Position numbers and translations under genes: made by a program. Shown here one piece after another: positions 9,689-19,569 of a stretch of DNA of 64,000 nucleotides. Below the pieces are notes generated by a model. That model was not told where the DNA came from and did not search any database. It saw only the letters and a program-made list of their open reading frames with translations. Source of the stretch: Vulcanimicrobiota bacterium (GTDB lineage: Bacteria; Vulcanimicrobiota; Vulcanimicrobiia; Vulcanimicrobiales; Vulcanimicrobiaceae); NCBI GenBank assembly GCA_963795405.1, contig CAWCHS010000004.1:279674-343673 (forward strand), read 5' to 3'. Within the stretch, counting starts at the first letter, position 1. Each line of letters begins with the position of its first letter.

Positions 9689-10421
9689 CCGCGAGGACGC
9701 GCTCGCCGCCGGGCAGTGCGAGTCGCCGGAGCGGTATCTGGCGCCCTACGGCCGCGTCGTCGTCGTATCGCCGCATCCCGACGACGACGTGATCGGCTGC
9801 GGCGGGACGATTGCGGCCGCCGCAGCGCTCGGTCTGGCCGTGGAGGTTGCGTACGTCACGGACGGTTCGGCGTCGCACGCCGGCTCGAGGGAATATCCGG
9901 CGACGCGGCTCGCGGCGGTCCGCGAGGATGAGGCGTGCGCCGCGCTGGAAATCTTAGGAGCTACCGCGCCGCCCCATTTCTTCCGCTGGCCCGACGGCGC
10001 CGTTCCCGGACCGGATGAGGCGGCGGCGATGGACCTGCTCGCGGGGCTCGCAGCGCTCGCATGCGAGTCGGACGAAGCGACGCTGATGCTCGTGCCGTGG
10101 CGCCGCGATCCGCACCCCGACCATCGCGCCGTCGCGGCGCTCGCCCGTCGTTCGTTCGCCGGCCTGTCGCACGTCACCACGGCCGAGTACGTCGTCTGGC
10201 TCGACGAGCGCGGCGAGGCCGAGGATCGCGCGCACGAAGACGAAGCCGAGGTTCACGAGGTCGACGTCGACGCATTCGTCGATCGCAAGCGCGCGGCGCT
10301 CGCGGAGCACCGCTCGCAGCTCGGTGAGCTGATCCACGACGCGCGTGAGGCGTTCGTGCTGCCCCGCGGGCTGCTCGACGCCGCCGCGCGCCCGGTCGAG
10401 CGCTTCTTCCATGGCCGCTGA
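9636..10421 (+). CDS. PIG-L/LmbE family deacetylase
   Basis: SPHPDDDVIGCGG, VTDGSASH, DPHPDH, HRSQ motifs; start uncertain (overlaps chaB). Confidence 0.88.
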   Translation: MRSSARTRTRPIARASADREDALAAGQCESPERYLAPYGRVVVVSPHPDDDVIGCGGTIAAAAALGLAVEVAYVTDGSASHAGSREYPATRLAAVREDEACAALEILGATAPPHFFRWPDGAVPGPDEAAAMDLLAGLAALACESDEATLMLVPWRRDPHPDHRAVAALARRSFAGLSHVTTAEYVVWLDERGEAEDRAHEDEAEVHEVDVDAFVDRKRAALAEHRSQLGELIHDAREAFVLPRGLLDAAARPVERFFHGR

Positions 10422-10983
10422 ACCGCTGGGCGCGGCGTTCTTCGAGCGCCTCTACGACGGTGCCGACGATCCGTGGTCGTTCGCGACCAGCCCGTATGAG
10501 AACGCGAAGTACGACGACTCGCTCGCCGCGCTCGGCCCGCACTACGCGCGTGCGTTCGAGATCGGGTGCTCGGTCGGCGTGTTGACGCGGCGGCTCGCCG
10601 AGCGCTGCGGCGACCTGCTCGCGGTGGACGTCAGCGCGCGAGCCCTCGCGCACGCGCGCGATCGCTGCGCCGGGATCGCGCACCTCCGGTTCGCGCGGCT
10701 CGACGTCCCGGCAGAGTTTCCGGGCGAACTCTTCGACCTGATCGTCTTGTCCGAGGTCGCATACTACTGGAGCGACGAGCGGTTCGCGCTCGCCCGCGAG
10801 CGTATCGCCGCGGCGCTCGACCCGGGCGGCGAGCTGCTGCTCGTGCACTTCCTCCCCCACGTCGCGGGGCACGTACGCGGCGGCGACGCCGTGCACGAAG
10901 CGTTCTCGCGCGACCCGCGGTTCGCACGCGCGCACGGCCACCGCGCCGAGCGCTATCGCCTCGATCTGCTGCGCCGCACGTGA
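10411..10983 (+). CDS. NodS-like SAM-dependent methyltransferase
   Basis: DPWSFATSPYENAKY, FEIGCSVG motif I, FDLIVLSEVAYY. Confidence 0.85.
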   Translation: MAAEPLGAAFFERLYDGADDPWSFATSPYENAKYDDSLAALGPHYARAFEIGCSVGVLTRRLAERCGDLLAVDVSARALAHARDRCAGIAHLRFARLDVPAEFPGELFDLIVLSEVAYYWSDERFALARERIAAALDPGGELLLVHFLPHVAGHVRGGDAVHEAFSRDPRFARAHGHRAERYRLDLLRRT

Positions 10984-12176
10984 CGCGCGTCGAGACCGCG
11001 TTCGCCGCGCTTCCGCCTCCGAGGACGCGCTGCACTTCCTCGATCGCGCTCCCGGCGCGCGACGAGTCCGCCTCCATCGCGCGCGCCCTCGCCGCGCTCG
11101 TCGCGCAGCGCAGCGCGGACGGCGCGCCGCTCGATCCGGGCACCTACGAGATCCTGGTCTTCGCGAACGGCTGCGCGGACGACACCGCGGCCGTCGCGGA
11201 AGCGGTGCGCGACGCGCATCCCGGGCACGCGATCTTCGTCGTGGTTGCGGACCGTGGCGCGCCGGAGTGCGCGCACGTCGGAACCGCGCGCCGCGCCGTC
11301 ATGGATGCCGCCGCCGCGCGCATGCTCGCCACGAGCAGGCCTGAGGCAGCCGTGCTGACCACCGACGCCGACACCGTCGTCGCGCCGGACTGGATCGCGC
11401 GCACGGTCGCCGCGCTATGCGACGCGGACGCGATCGCCGGACGAATCGTCATGGACCCGAACGAAGCCGCCGCGCTCGATCCGCGCTTGCAGACGGCGTA
11501 TGCGCTACAGGCTCGCTACGAGTTCGCGCGCGTGCGCCTGGAAACGCTGCTCGATCCGCTTTCCCACGATCCGTGGCCGCGCCATCCGCAGCACTTCGGC
11601 GCGAGCTTCGCGGTGCGGGCTGCGACGTACCGCGAGGCCGGCGGCCTGCCGGTGCGCGACCGTCTCGAGGATCTCGCGTTCTATCACGCGCTGCTGCGCA
11701 TCGACGCGCGCGTGCGGCACAGCATGGATGTGCGCGTGACAACGTCCGCGCGGCTCGACTGCCGCGTGACCGGGGGCCTCGGGACGTTCCTCCGCGATCT
11801 GCTGACCTCGGCGCGCGGAGGGACGCCGCTGCTGGTCGAGCACCCCGTCACGACTCGCGAGATCATCGAGGCGCGCGCCGCGCTGCGACGCTGGTGGCAC
11901 GGCCGCGACCGCATCACCGCGCCGGCCCAGCGCGCGCTCGTCGTGCGGCGTCTCGGCCTCGACGAGGCGGCATGGCACGCGCACGTGGCGCACGCCGCGG
12001 CGTTCGGCGCGGCGTTCGAAGCGGTCCACGAACACGCCCTTCGCGGGGGGCTCGCGACGCGGCGTCCGCGCGTGCCGGTCGCCGCGGCCTTGGCCGGGGT
12101 CGACGATCAGTGCCGGGCGCTGCGTTCGAGCGCCGCGCCCGCGACGCGCAGAACGGCGAGGTCCGGCGCGGGCTGA
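10980..12176 (+). CDS. Glycosyltransferase family 2
   Basis: LPARDE, ANGCADDT, TTDAD (DxD), GASFAV, ED, VTTSAR; GTGA overlap with the upstream stop. Confidence 0.85.
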   Translation: MTRVETAFAALPPPRTRCTSSIALPARDESASIARALAALVAQRSADGAPLDPGTYEILVFANGCADDTAAVAEAVRDAHPGHAIFVVVADRGAPECAHVGTARRAVMDAAAARMLATSRPEAAVLTTDADTVVAPDWIARTVAALCDADAIAGRIVMDPNEAAALDPRLQTAYALQARYEFARVRLETLLDPLSHDPWPRHPQHFGASFAVRAATYREAGGLPVRDRLEDLAFYHALLRIDARVRHSMDVRVTTSARLDCRVTGGLGTFLRDLLTSARGGTPLLVEHPVTTREIIEARAALRRWWHGRDRITAPAQRALVVRRLGLDEAAWHAHVAHAAAFGAAFEAVHEHALRGGLATRRPRVPVAAALAGVDDQCRALRSSAAPATRRTARSGAG

Positions 12177-13198
12177 CGCAGGTACATGCGCAGGTCGCGG
12201 ACGAGCGCGGCGAACGGCTCCGGCGCGAGCAGCCCGCGCGCGCCGACATTGCGCTCCGCGCGCTCGAGCACGTCCAGCGCCGCCCGTTCCACTGCCGCTC
12301 GTGCGGCATCCACGGTCTCGGTCAGCGCCGACTCGTTCGCGGCGTGCGGCGCGCGGTCGTACGCCTCCCACGCCGCCGCGCACTCCTTCACCCACAGCAG
12401 GGCGGTGCGCGCGGCGACGACGCTCTCGCCGAGCCGCAGCGCCGGAACGCCGTCGCTCGCGACGTGCCGGTTCGCCGAGAACGCGGCGAGCTCGTCGACG
12501 AGGCGGCCGACGCCGCCGGCCTGCACGGCGACGAAGCGCGCGGCGCCGGCGAGAAACCATGGCGCGCGCTCGTAGTCGCCCGGCGTACCGACGAAGGCGT
12601 CGGGACCGAGGCGCACGCCGTCGAAGGCGACCGCGAAGCTGTCCGAGGCTTCCATCCCGAGCGGCTCCCAAAACGAACGGTCGACGGCGACGTCGATGCG
12701 GTCCATCGGCAGCAGCAGCATCTGCGAGCCGCCGGTGGGAAGCGCCGCCGTCACCAGCGCGCGCGTCACCGTGCCGGCGCCCGAGCAAAAGGTTTTCCGC
12801 CCCGCGAGAAATGCGCTGGGCCGGTCCCGTTCGCGCGCGTCCGACTCCTCCGCTTCGCCCACGATCCGCACGCCGTCCGCCGCCTGGGTGTTCCACACGC
12901 CGAACAGATGACCGTCGCGCGCGTCCCGCGCGGCCGCGGCGCGCTGTGCGGCGGTCCCGCAGCGCGCGATCAGCGCGAGGGCGTTGCCGTGACCTTCGAA
13001 GAGCCGCCCGAAGACGAGATCGCGGTAGCCGGCGATCCGCAGCAGCTCCAGCTCCTCCTCGCGCCCGGCGAGCGGGACCCCGCGCTCGTCGGCCGTCACC
13101 GCGCCGAGGACGCGCCCGTCGCGCAGCAGCGCGGCGACCTCGCCGCCGGCGACGAGTTCGGCAGGCGGCTTCGAACGGTCGGTTCGCGCGGCTCTCAC
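12107..13198 (-). CDS. Acyl-CoA dehydrogenase-like flavoprotein
   Basis: GRLFEGH, GRKTFCSGA, WEPLGMEAS, RDLRMYLRQP; start approximate. Confidence 0.8.
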   Translation of the reverse strand: MRAARTDRSKPPAELVAGGEVAALLRDGRVLGAVTADERGVPLAGREEELELLRIAGYRDLVFGRLFEGHGNALALIARCGTAAQRAAAARDARDGHLFGVWNTQAADGVRIVGEAEESDARERDRPSAFLAGRKTFCSGAGTVTRALVTAALPTGGSQMLLLPMDRIDVAVDRSFWEPLGMEASDSFAVAFDGVRLGPDAFVGTPGDYERAPWFLAGAARFVAVQAGGVGRLVDELAAFSANRHVASDGVPALRLGESVVAARTALLWVKECAAAWEAYDRAPHAANESALTETVDAARAAVERAALDVLERAERNVGARGLLAPEPFAALVRDLRMYLRQPAPDLAVLRVAGAALERSARH

Positions 13199-13215
13199 AC
13201 CGAGTTTGTGCCCAG

Positions 13216-13614
13216 CTAGGCCGGGTAGACGCTGATCTCGATCAGGTTCCCGTCGGGGTCGCGGCAATAGACCGAGGTCATCGGCCCGAGCGCGCCCTGC
13301 TTCTCGACCGGTCCCAGCTCGACGTCGACGCCGCAGGCACGCAGGTGCGCGACCGTCTGCTCGACGGGCTGCACGGTGATGAAGCAGAGATCCTCGCTGC
13401 CCGCCGCGGCGTGCGCGCCGGTGGGCCACGCCTGCGGCTCGGTGTCGACCGGACGCAGGTTCAGCTTCTGGTTGCCGAAACGCAGCGCCGTACGCACCCC
13501 GCCGCCGGCGCGAAAGTCGCCGCGCTCCATCCCGAGGACGCGCGCGTACCACGCCGCCGAACGCTCGACGTCGCGCACGTTGATCACCAGGTGATCGAGC
13601 CGCTCGAGGATCAC
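13216..13614 (-). CDS. VOC/glyoxalase family protein
   Basis: LDHLVINVRDVERSAAWY, QKLNL, SVYCRDPDGNLIEI. Confidence 0.88.
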   Translation of the reverse strand: MILERLDHLVINVRDVERSAAWYARVLGMERGDFRAGGGVRTALRFGNQKLNLRPVDTEPQAWPTGAHAAAGSEDLCFITVQPVEQTVAHLRACGVDVELGPVEKQGALGPMTSVYCRDPDGNLIEISVYPA

Positions 13615-13642
13615 GCCGTTCTCCGCCGGTCGCGCGGGCGGC

Positions 13643-15073
13643 TCAGAACAAGTTCCAGAGGTACTGGTTGTAGACTTCGTGATGGTACTGGACCTCTTGC
13701 GCTTTCACGAAAGTCCCGAGCAGCCGCGGGCAGCGATCGGCGGCGGCCTGCTTCAAATCGGCATAGCGCGCCTTCACGTCGGCGGCCATCAGCTTCGAGG
13801 TCCACTCCGCGCTCAAGAAGTTCGCGATCGCATCGTAGATGTTGTCGGGCAGGTAGCGGGATGCTTGCCGCAGGTTGTGCTCCGAGCTGATCGCGCCTTC
13901 GAGCCCCGTCTTGAACACCGCGAGCATCACCATGTACGGGTTCGCGTCCGGCGCGACCGAACGCACTTCGACGCGCGCGCTGCGCTCGTTGCCGATCGGG
14001 ATGCGCACCATCGAGCCGCGGTCGACCGCCGAGGCCTTGATCTGGTTCGGGGCTTCGAAATGCGGGTCGAGCCGGCGGTACGCGTTCACGCTCGAGTTCA
14101 GCATGAGGCACATGTCGTTGCCGTGCGTGAGGATGCGGTCGATGAACTGCCAGCCGAACGCGCTGAGCCGCTCTTCGCCCTGCGGATCCCAGAACAGATT
14201 CTTCCCCTCCTTGCTCACCGAAACGTTGGTGTGCATCCCGTTCCCGTTGACGCCGACGACCGGCTTCGGCAAGAAGCTGGCCGTCATGCCCAGCCGCGTC
14301 GCGACCTGACGGCAGATCAGTTTGTAGAGCTGGATGGTATCGGCCGCGGCGACGACCTCGCCGTAGCTGTAGTTGATCTCGAACTGCGAGGGCGCGACCT
14401 CGGGGTGGTCCTTCTCGTTCTCGAAGCCCATCGCGCGCTGCACCTCGGCGACGGTGTCGATGAACGTGCGCAGCGGGTCGCCCGGCAGTGAGTGATAGTA
14501 GCCGCCGGTGTTGACGTACTCGAACTTCCCGGTTTCGTGATAGCGCTGCTCGGCGTCGGTCCCCTGAAAGACGAAGCCTTCGATCTCGTTCGCGGCGTTC
14601 AGCGTATAGCCGTCGCTCTCGTAGATTCGCTGCGAAAGCTGCTTGAGCACGCCGCGCATGTCGCCGGAGAAGGGCGAGCCGTCGCGGTCGAGCACGTCGG
14701 CGAAGATCAGCACCTTGCCGGGGCCGAAGATGTCGGCGGGACCCCAGTAGAACGCGCTCCAGTCGAGCGCGAGCCGCAAGTCGCTCTCGCGCTGCGGGGT
14801 GAACCCGCGGATCGACGAACCGTCGAACGTCAGGTTGTCGCTGGACTTGATCAGGAACTTCTTGTCGTAGTCCAGCATGTGCAGCCGGCCTTCGAGGTCG
14901 CTGAACATCACGGTCGCGGCTTTGATCCGCTTCTCGTCGGTCAGGTACTTCAGCCGCTCTTCCTGGAGCCTGTCGAGCGGCACGCGGTCCGTGCGCTGTT
15001 TCTTGGCGCGCAGATTGAGGTGCTCGAGCTCGTCGTACGAGTGCTGCAGAAAGTCCCGAAGTTCGGTAGCCAT
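13643..15073 (-). CDS. glnA: Glutamine synthetase (type I family)
   Basis: FDGSSIRGF, HPEVAPSQFEI, FLPKPVVGVNGNGMH, NAYRRL, EVRSVAPDANPY. Confidence 0.92.
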   Translation of the reverse strand: MATELRDFLQHSYDELEHLNLRAKKQRTDRVPLDRLQEERLKYLTDEKRIKAATVMFSDLEGRLHMLDYDKKFLIKSSDNLTFDGSSIRGFTPQRESDLRLALDWSAFYWGPADIFGPGKVLIFADVLDRDGSPFSGDMRGVLKQLSQRIYESDGYTLNAANEIEGFVFQGTDAEQRYHETGKFEYVNTGGYYHSLPGDPLRTFIDTVAEVQRAMGFENEKDHPEVAPSQFEINYSYGEVVAAADTIQLYKLICRQVATRLGMTASFLPKPVVGVNGNGMHTNVSVSKEGKNLFWDPQGEERLSAFGWQFIDRILTHGNDMCLMLNSSVNAYRRLDPHFEAPNQIKASAVDRGSMVRIPIGNERSARVEVRSVAPDANPYMVMLAVFKTGLEGAISSEHNLRQASRYLPDNIYDAIANFLSAEWTSKLMAADVKARYADLKQAAADRCPRLLGTFVKAQEVQYHHEVYNQYLWNLF

Positions 15074-15240
15074 CGAAGGGGATCGTTGCGAGGAGCGGCG
15101 GGCGACTCCTCGGCCCGAGGCCCGTGCTTCTCACGCACGTCGCCGCCGCCGCGTGCGACACATGGCGAAAGGGACATCCTTCCACGCCGGCCGAGCGAGC
15201 CCGTGAAGGGAGGCCTCGTTGCCCGGAGCAACCAGTCGCC

Positions 15241-17406
15241 ATGCGTAGTCGTGTAGCGGCCGTGACGGCCTTTTTCGTTCTGTCGGCGGCGACGGCCGTC
15301 TTGGCGGCCCTTCCCCCGCCGCCGGTGGCCAAGAAGGTTCCCGTGAGCGACACCTACTTCGGCCGGACCGTCGTCGACCCGTACCGCTGGATGGAGGCGC
15401 CGGGCAACCCCGATCTGCTGGCGTACTTGAAGGCACAGAACGACCGCACGCGGGCGATTCTCGACTCGATGCCGGGCCGGGCCGCGCTCGTCACGCGGCT
15501 GCAGCAGCTCGCCGAGACGACGAACACCTCGTCGGGCGTCGTCGTGCACCACGGCACGTACTTCTACGAGAAGCTGCCGCCCGGTGCGAACTCGGTGAAG
15601 CTGTACGTCCGCGTCGGCGCGAACGGCGCCGAGCGCGTCCTCGTCGACCCCGACGCGATGGCCGGTCCGCGCGTCGCGATCTCGCAGTTCCTCCCGTCGA
15701 ACGACGGGACGCGCGTCGCCGTCGTGCTCGCACCCGGCGGATCCGAAAACGGCGTCCTGCACGTCCTCGACGTGAAGACCGGAACGATGCTCCCCGACGC
15801 CTCCGACCGCTCCGATTTCGGCGCGGTGGCTTGGAGCGACGATGGGAAGACCGTCTATTATCTGCGCCGCCAAGAGCTCAAGCCGGGCGATCCGCCGGTC
15901 GCGAAATACTTGAACGTCCGCACCTACGCGCACGTCATCGGTCAGCCGGGCGCGAGCGACGTCGCCGTGTTCGGCGCCGGCGTCGACTCGGCGCTCGCCG
16001 TCCCGCCGACGGTCTTCGCGGCCTTCGCGGTCTCGCCGGAGACGCCGTACGCCAGCGGCGTGCTGATCAACGGCGTCGACCGCTTCGCGACCGTCTACGT
16101 CGCGCCGAAGAGCGCGATCGGCAATCCGGCGACGATCCCGTGGCGGCAGGTGATCGCGCGCGACGACCTGGTGACGAGCGCGGCCGTCCACGGCGACACC
16201 ATCTACGCGCTGACCGCCAAGAACGCGCCGCGCTTCAAAGTCGTGAGCTTCAAAGTCGGCCAGACCTTCGCGCAGGCCGTCGACGTGGTACCGGCGGGCT
16301 CGCGCGTCATCGACAACGTCGCGACGGCGAGCGACGCGCTCTACGTGCAGTCGCGGGAGAACGGCCTCGCCCGCGCGACGCGCATCGCGTACGACGGGAC
16401 GCGCAGCGAGATCCCGCTCCCGGTGAACGGGACGATCGCCGGGCTTGCGACGGAGTTCGACCGCCCCGGGTTCATCGCCCAGCTCGAGAGCTGGACCGAC
16501 TCGCCGCGCTGGTACGGCTACGATCCGGCGACGCACGCGCTCGTCGACACGAAGCTCGATCCGCCCTCGCCGGTCGACTATTCGGGCGTTGTCGCCGACG
16601 AAGTTCGGGTCCCGGCGCGCGACGGCGTCATGGTCCCGCTCTCGATCGTCCACCGGCGCGGCATGAAGCTCGACGGCTCCAATCCGACGCTGCTCTACGC
16701 GTACGGATCGTACGGGATCTCGAGCGATCCGAGCTTCTCGCCCGGCCGGCTGGCCTTCCTCGAACGCGGCGGCATCCTCGCAATCGCCCACGTGCGTGGC
16801 GGCGGCGAGTACGGCGAGGAATGGCATCTCGCCGGCAAGGACGCCAACAAGATCAACACGATCTACGACTTCATCGACTGCGCGAAATGGATGATCGCGC
16901 AGCACTACACGTCGCCCGGCAAGCTCGGCGCCCGCGGCGGGAGCGCCGGCGGGATCACGATGGGCGGAGCGATCACCCGCGATCCGGCGGATTTCGCGGC
17001 CGTGCTCGACGAGATCCCCGTCTCCGATCAGCTGCGCATCGAGACCTCGCCGAACGGGCCGCCGAACGTCCCCGAATTCGGGACGGTGACGACGAAGCAA
17101 GGCTTCGAGAACCTGTACGCGACGAGCGCCGTGCAGCACGTCGTTCCGGGCACGCACTATCCCGCGGTGATGCTGACGACGGGGATCAACGACCCGCGCG
17201 TCGACCCGTGGCAAGCCGCGAAGATGGCGGCGACGCTGCAGGATGCGAACGCCGGACCGCGCCCGATCCTGCTGCGCGTCGACTACAACGGCGGGCACGG
17301 CCTGATCGGCGGGACGAAGTCGCAGGCCGTCGACCTGAGCGCCGACGAGTATTCGTTCCTCCTCTGGCAGTTCGGCGATCCCGCGTTCCAACCGCCCGGC
17401 ACCTAG
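15241..17406 (+). CDS. Secreted prolyl oligopeptidase (S9A)
   Basis: Signal peptide; DPYRWME, RGGGEYGEEWH, GGSAGG nucleophile, DPRV, GGHG. Confidence 0.92.
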   Translation: MRSRVAAVTAFFVLSAATAVLAALPPPPVAKKVPVSDTYFGRTVVDPYRWMEAPGNPDLLAYLKAQNDRTRAILDSMPGRAALVTRLQQLAETTNTSSGVVVHHGTYFYEKLPPGANSVKLYVRVGANGAERVLVDPDAMAGPRVAISQFLPSNDGTRVAVVLAPGGSENGVLHVLDVKTGTMLPDASDRSDFGAVAWSDDGKTVYYLRRQELKPGDPPVAKYLNVRTYAHVIGQPGASDVAVFGAGVDSALAVPPTVFAAFAVSPETPYASGVLINGVDRFATVYVAPKSAIGNPATIPWRQVIARDDLVTSAAVHGDTIYALTAKNAPRFKVVSFKVGQTFAQAVDVVPAGSRVIDNVATASDALYVQSRENGLARATRIAYDGTRSEIPLPVNGTIAGLATEFDRPGFIAQLESWTDSPRWYGYDPATHALVDTKLDPPSPVDYSGVVADEVRVPARDGVMVPLSIVHRRGMKLDGSNPTLLYAYGSYGISSDPSFSPGRLAFLERGGILAIAHVRGGGEYGEEWHLAGKDANKINTIYDFIDCAKWMIAQHYTSPGKLGARGGSAGGITMGGAITRDPADFAAVLDEIPVSDQLRIETSPNGPPNVPEFGTVTTKQGFENLYATSAVQHVVPGTHYPAVMLTTGINDPRVDPWQAAKMAATLQDANAGPRPILLRVDYNGGHGLIGGTKSQAVDLSADEYSFLLWQFGDPAFQPPGT

Positions 17407-17415
17407 CCACTCTCG

Positions 17416-17624
17416 GGCGGATCGCCCGAAGGGCGAACGCGAAGGGTTCAGCGGAACGCTGAACCCACCACCGGCCGGCACCTCGCCATCGTAGGCGGAT
17501 CGCCCGAAGGGCGAACGCGAAGGGTTCAGCGGAACGCTGAACCCACCACCGGCCGGCACCTCGCCATCGTAGGCGGATCGCCCGAAGGGCGAACGCGAAG
17601 GGTTCAGCGGAACGCTGAACCCAC
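17416..17624 (+). repeat. Tandem array of a 78-bp double-hairpin unit (2 full copies plus a 53-bp copy)
   Basis: Identical GGCGGATCGCCCGAAGGGCGAACGCGAAGGGTTCAGCGGAACGCTGAACCCAC at 17416, 17494 and 17572, separated by an identical 25-bp spacer. Confidence 0.95.
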
Positions 17625-17660
17625 TAGGACTCGGCCGCCGCGGCGGAGATATTCGGCAGG

Positions 17661-18521
17661 ATGCCTTCTCTCTCGCCGCAGCGGCTGATCGAGCTGGAGA
17701 CGCACGCGAACGACGTGCGCCAGGGGATCATTCGCTCGCTGCTCTGCGCCGGCTCCGGTCACTCCGGCGGCTCGCTCGACATGGCCGACATCTTCACGGC
17801 GATGTATTTCGAGATCTTGCGCCACGACCCGAAGAACCCGGACTGGCCCGAGCGCGACCGCCTGCTGCTCTCGTGCGGCCACATCGCGCCGGTCCGCTAC
17901 AGCGCGATGGCCTACGCCGGCTACTTCCCGGTGGAGGAGCTGCAGACGCTGCGGCATTTCGGAAGCCGCCTGCAGGGGCACCCGGAGCGGGTGAGCCTGC
18001 CCGGGCTGGAGACGACCTCGGGCCCGCTGGGCGAAGGGCTCGCGCAGGGCACCGGGATGGCCTACGCGGCGAAAATGGACAAGAAAGACTGGCGCGTCTA
18101 CGTCGTCACCTCCGACGGCGAGCACCAGTGCGGTCTGCACTGGGAGGCGATGATGACCGCGGCCAAGTTCAAGCTGAACAATCTGACCTGCATCGTCGAC
18201 CGCAACGTGATCCAGATCGACGGCAGCACCGAGGACGTGATGCCGCTCGAGCCCTTCGCCGACAAGTACCGCGCGTTCAACTGGGCGGTGTTCGAGTGCG
18301 ACGGGCACGACATCGCCGCGTTCGTCGACGCGGTCGAACAGGCGAAGCAGGTCCAGGACCGGCCCCAGGTCATCATCGCGCACACGATCATGGGCAAGGG
18401 CGTCTCGTACATGGAAGGCGACTACACGTGGCACGGCAAGCCGCCGAAGCCGGACGAGGCCGACCTCGCGCTGCGCGAGCTGCTTGCCGCGCGCGAGAAG
18501 ATCGGAGCGGGTCGTGGCTAG
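17661..18521 (+). CDS. Transketolase N-terminal (TPP-binding) subunit
   Basis: GSGHSGGS, LSCGH, LQGHP, SGPLGEG, SDGE...VDRN TPP motif. Confidence 0.9.
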   Translation: MPSLSPQRLIELETHANDVRQGIIRSLLCAGSGHSGGSLDMADIFTAMYFEILRHDPKNPDWPERDRLLLSCGHIAPVRYSAMAYAGYFPVEELQTLRHFGSRLQGHPERVSLPGLETTSGPLGEGLAQGTGMAYAAKMDKKDWRVYVVTSDGEHQCGLHWEAMMTAAKFKLNNLTCIVDRNVIQIDGSTEDVMPLEPFADKYRAFNWAVFECDGHDIAAFVDAVEQAKQVQDRPQVIIAHTIMGKGVSYMEGDYTWHGKPPKPDEADLALRELLAAREKIGAGRG

Positions 18522-19533
18522 CGCCGAGACGATGAGCGGCGTCGCGGCGATGCACCTGGTCGACTACCGTCACGCCGATGCGGTCAAGCAGGTCCCGACG
18601 CGCAACGGCTTCGGCGAAGGACTGGTCGAAGCCGGCCGCCGGAATGCGAACGTCGTCGCGATCTGCGCCGACCTCGCCGAGTCGACGCGGATGGAGCCGT
18701 TCAAGCACGCGTTCCCCGACCGGTACATCGAGATCGGCGTGGCGGAGCAGATGCTGGTCGCGATGGCCGGCGGGCTCGCCGCCGCGGGGAAGATTCCGTT
18801 CATCGCGAGCTACGCGATGTTCAACCCGGGGCGCTCGTGGGAGCAAGTCCGCACGATCATGGCTCTCAACGAGTCCAACGTGAAGATCGCCGGCGCGCAC
18901 GCCGGGGTCTCGGTCGGCCCCGACGGCGCGACCCACCAGGCGATCGAGGACATCGCGATCATGCGCGTGATCCCGCACATGCTGGTCGTCGTTCCCTGCG
19001 ACTCGGTACAGACGAAGAAGGCGACGCTCGCCGTCGCCGAGAGCATCTCGCCGACGTACCTGCGCTTCGCGCGCGCCGAGTCGGCGGTCGTCACCACCGA
19101 CGAGACGCCCTTCGAGCTCGGCAAGGCGCAGACGTTCCGCGAGGGCGGCGACGTCGCGATCGTCGCCTGCGGGATCTTGGTCTACGAAGCCTTGATCGCC
19201 GCCGAGAAGCTGGCGAAGGACGGGATCCACTGCCGCGTCGTCAACAACCACACGGTCAAGCCGATGGACGAGCCGGCGATCCTCGCGGCGGCGGGCGACT
19301 GCGGCGCGATCGTCACCGTCGAAGAGCATCAGGTGCAAGGCGGGATGGGCTCGCGCGTCGCCGAGATCGTCGCGGCGAAGCACCCGGTCCCCATCGAGTT
19401 CATCGGCGTCCACGACCGCTTCGGTCAATCCGGAAAGCCGACGGAGCTGATCAAGGAGTACGGGATGGGCGCCCCGGCGATCGCCGAAGCGGCACGCCGC
19501 GCCCACGCCCGCAAGCGCGCCGCCGCGCGCTGA
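18514..19533 (+). CDS. Transketolase C-terminal (pyrimidine-binding) subunit
   Basis: ADLAES, EIGVAEQ, GPDGATHQ, YLRFAR, EEHQ...GG. Confidence 0.9.
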   Translation: MASAETMSGVAAMHLVDYRHADAVKQVPTRNGFGEGLVEAGRRNANVVAICADLAESTRMEPFKHAFPDRYIEIGVAEQMLVAMAGGLAAAGKIPFIASYAMFNPGRSWEQVRTIMALNESNVKIAGAHAGVSVGPDGATHQAIEDIAIMRVIPHMLVVVPCDSVQTKKATLAVAESISPTYLRFARAESAVVTTDETPFELGKAQTFREGGDVAIVACGILVYEALIAAEKLAKDGIHCRVVNNHTVKPMDEPAILAAAGDCGAIVTVEEHQVQGGMGSRVAEIVAAKHPVPIEFIGVHDRFGQSGKPTELIKEYGMGAPAIAEAARRAHARKRAAAR

Positions 19534-19569
19534 AGCACTGCGCCGTGCATCAGCGTCGCGCGCGGCTCG

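Noticed and set aside
15074-15240. Glutamine riboswitch upstream of glnA
   Set aside because: Several hairpins, but no recognisable glnA-motif consensus
14950-17559. 869-aa minus-strand ORF with a repeated N-terminal peptide
   Set aside because: Antisense shadow of the prolyl oligopeptidase; the peptide repeat is just the 78-bp DNA repeat translated
17416-17624. CRISPR array
   Set aside because: The spacers are identical, the 53-bp repeats are too long, and there are no cas genes in the window
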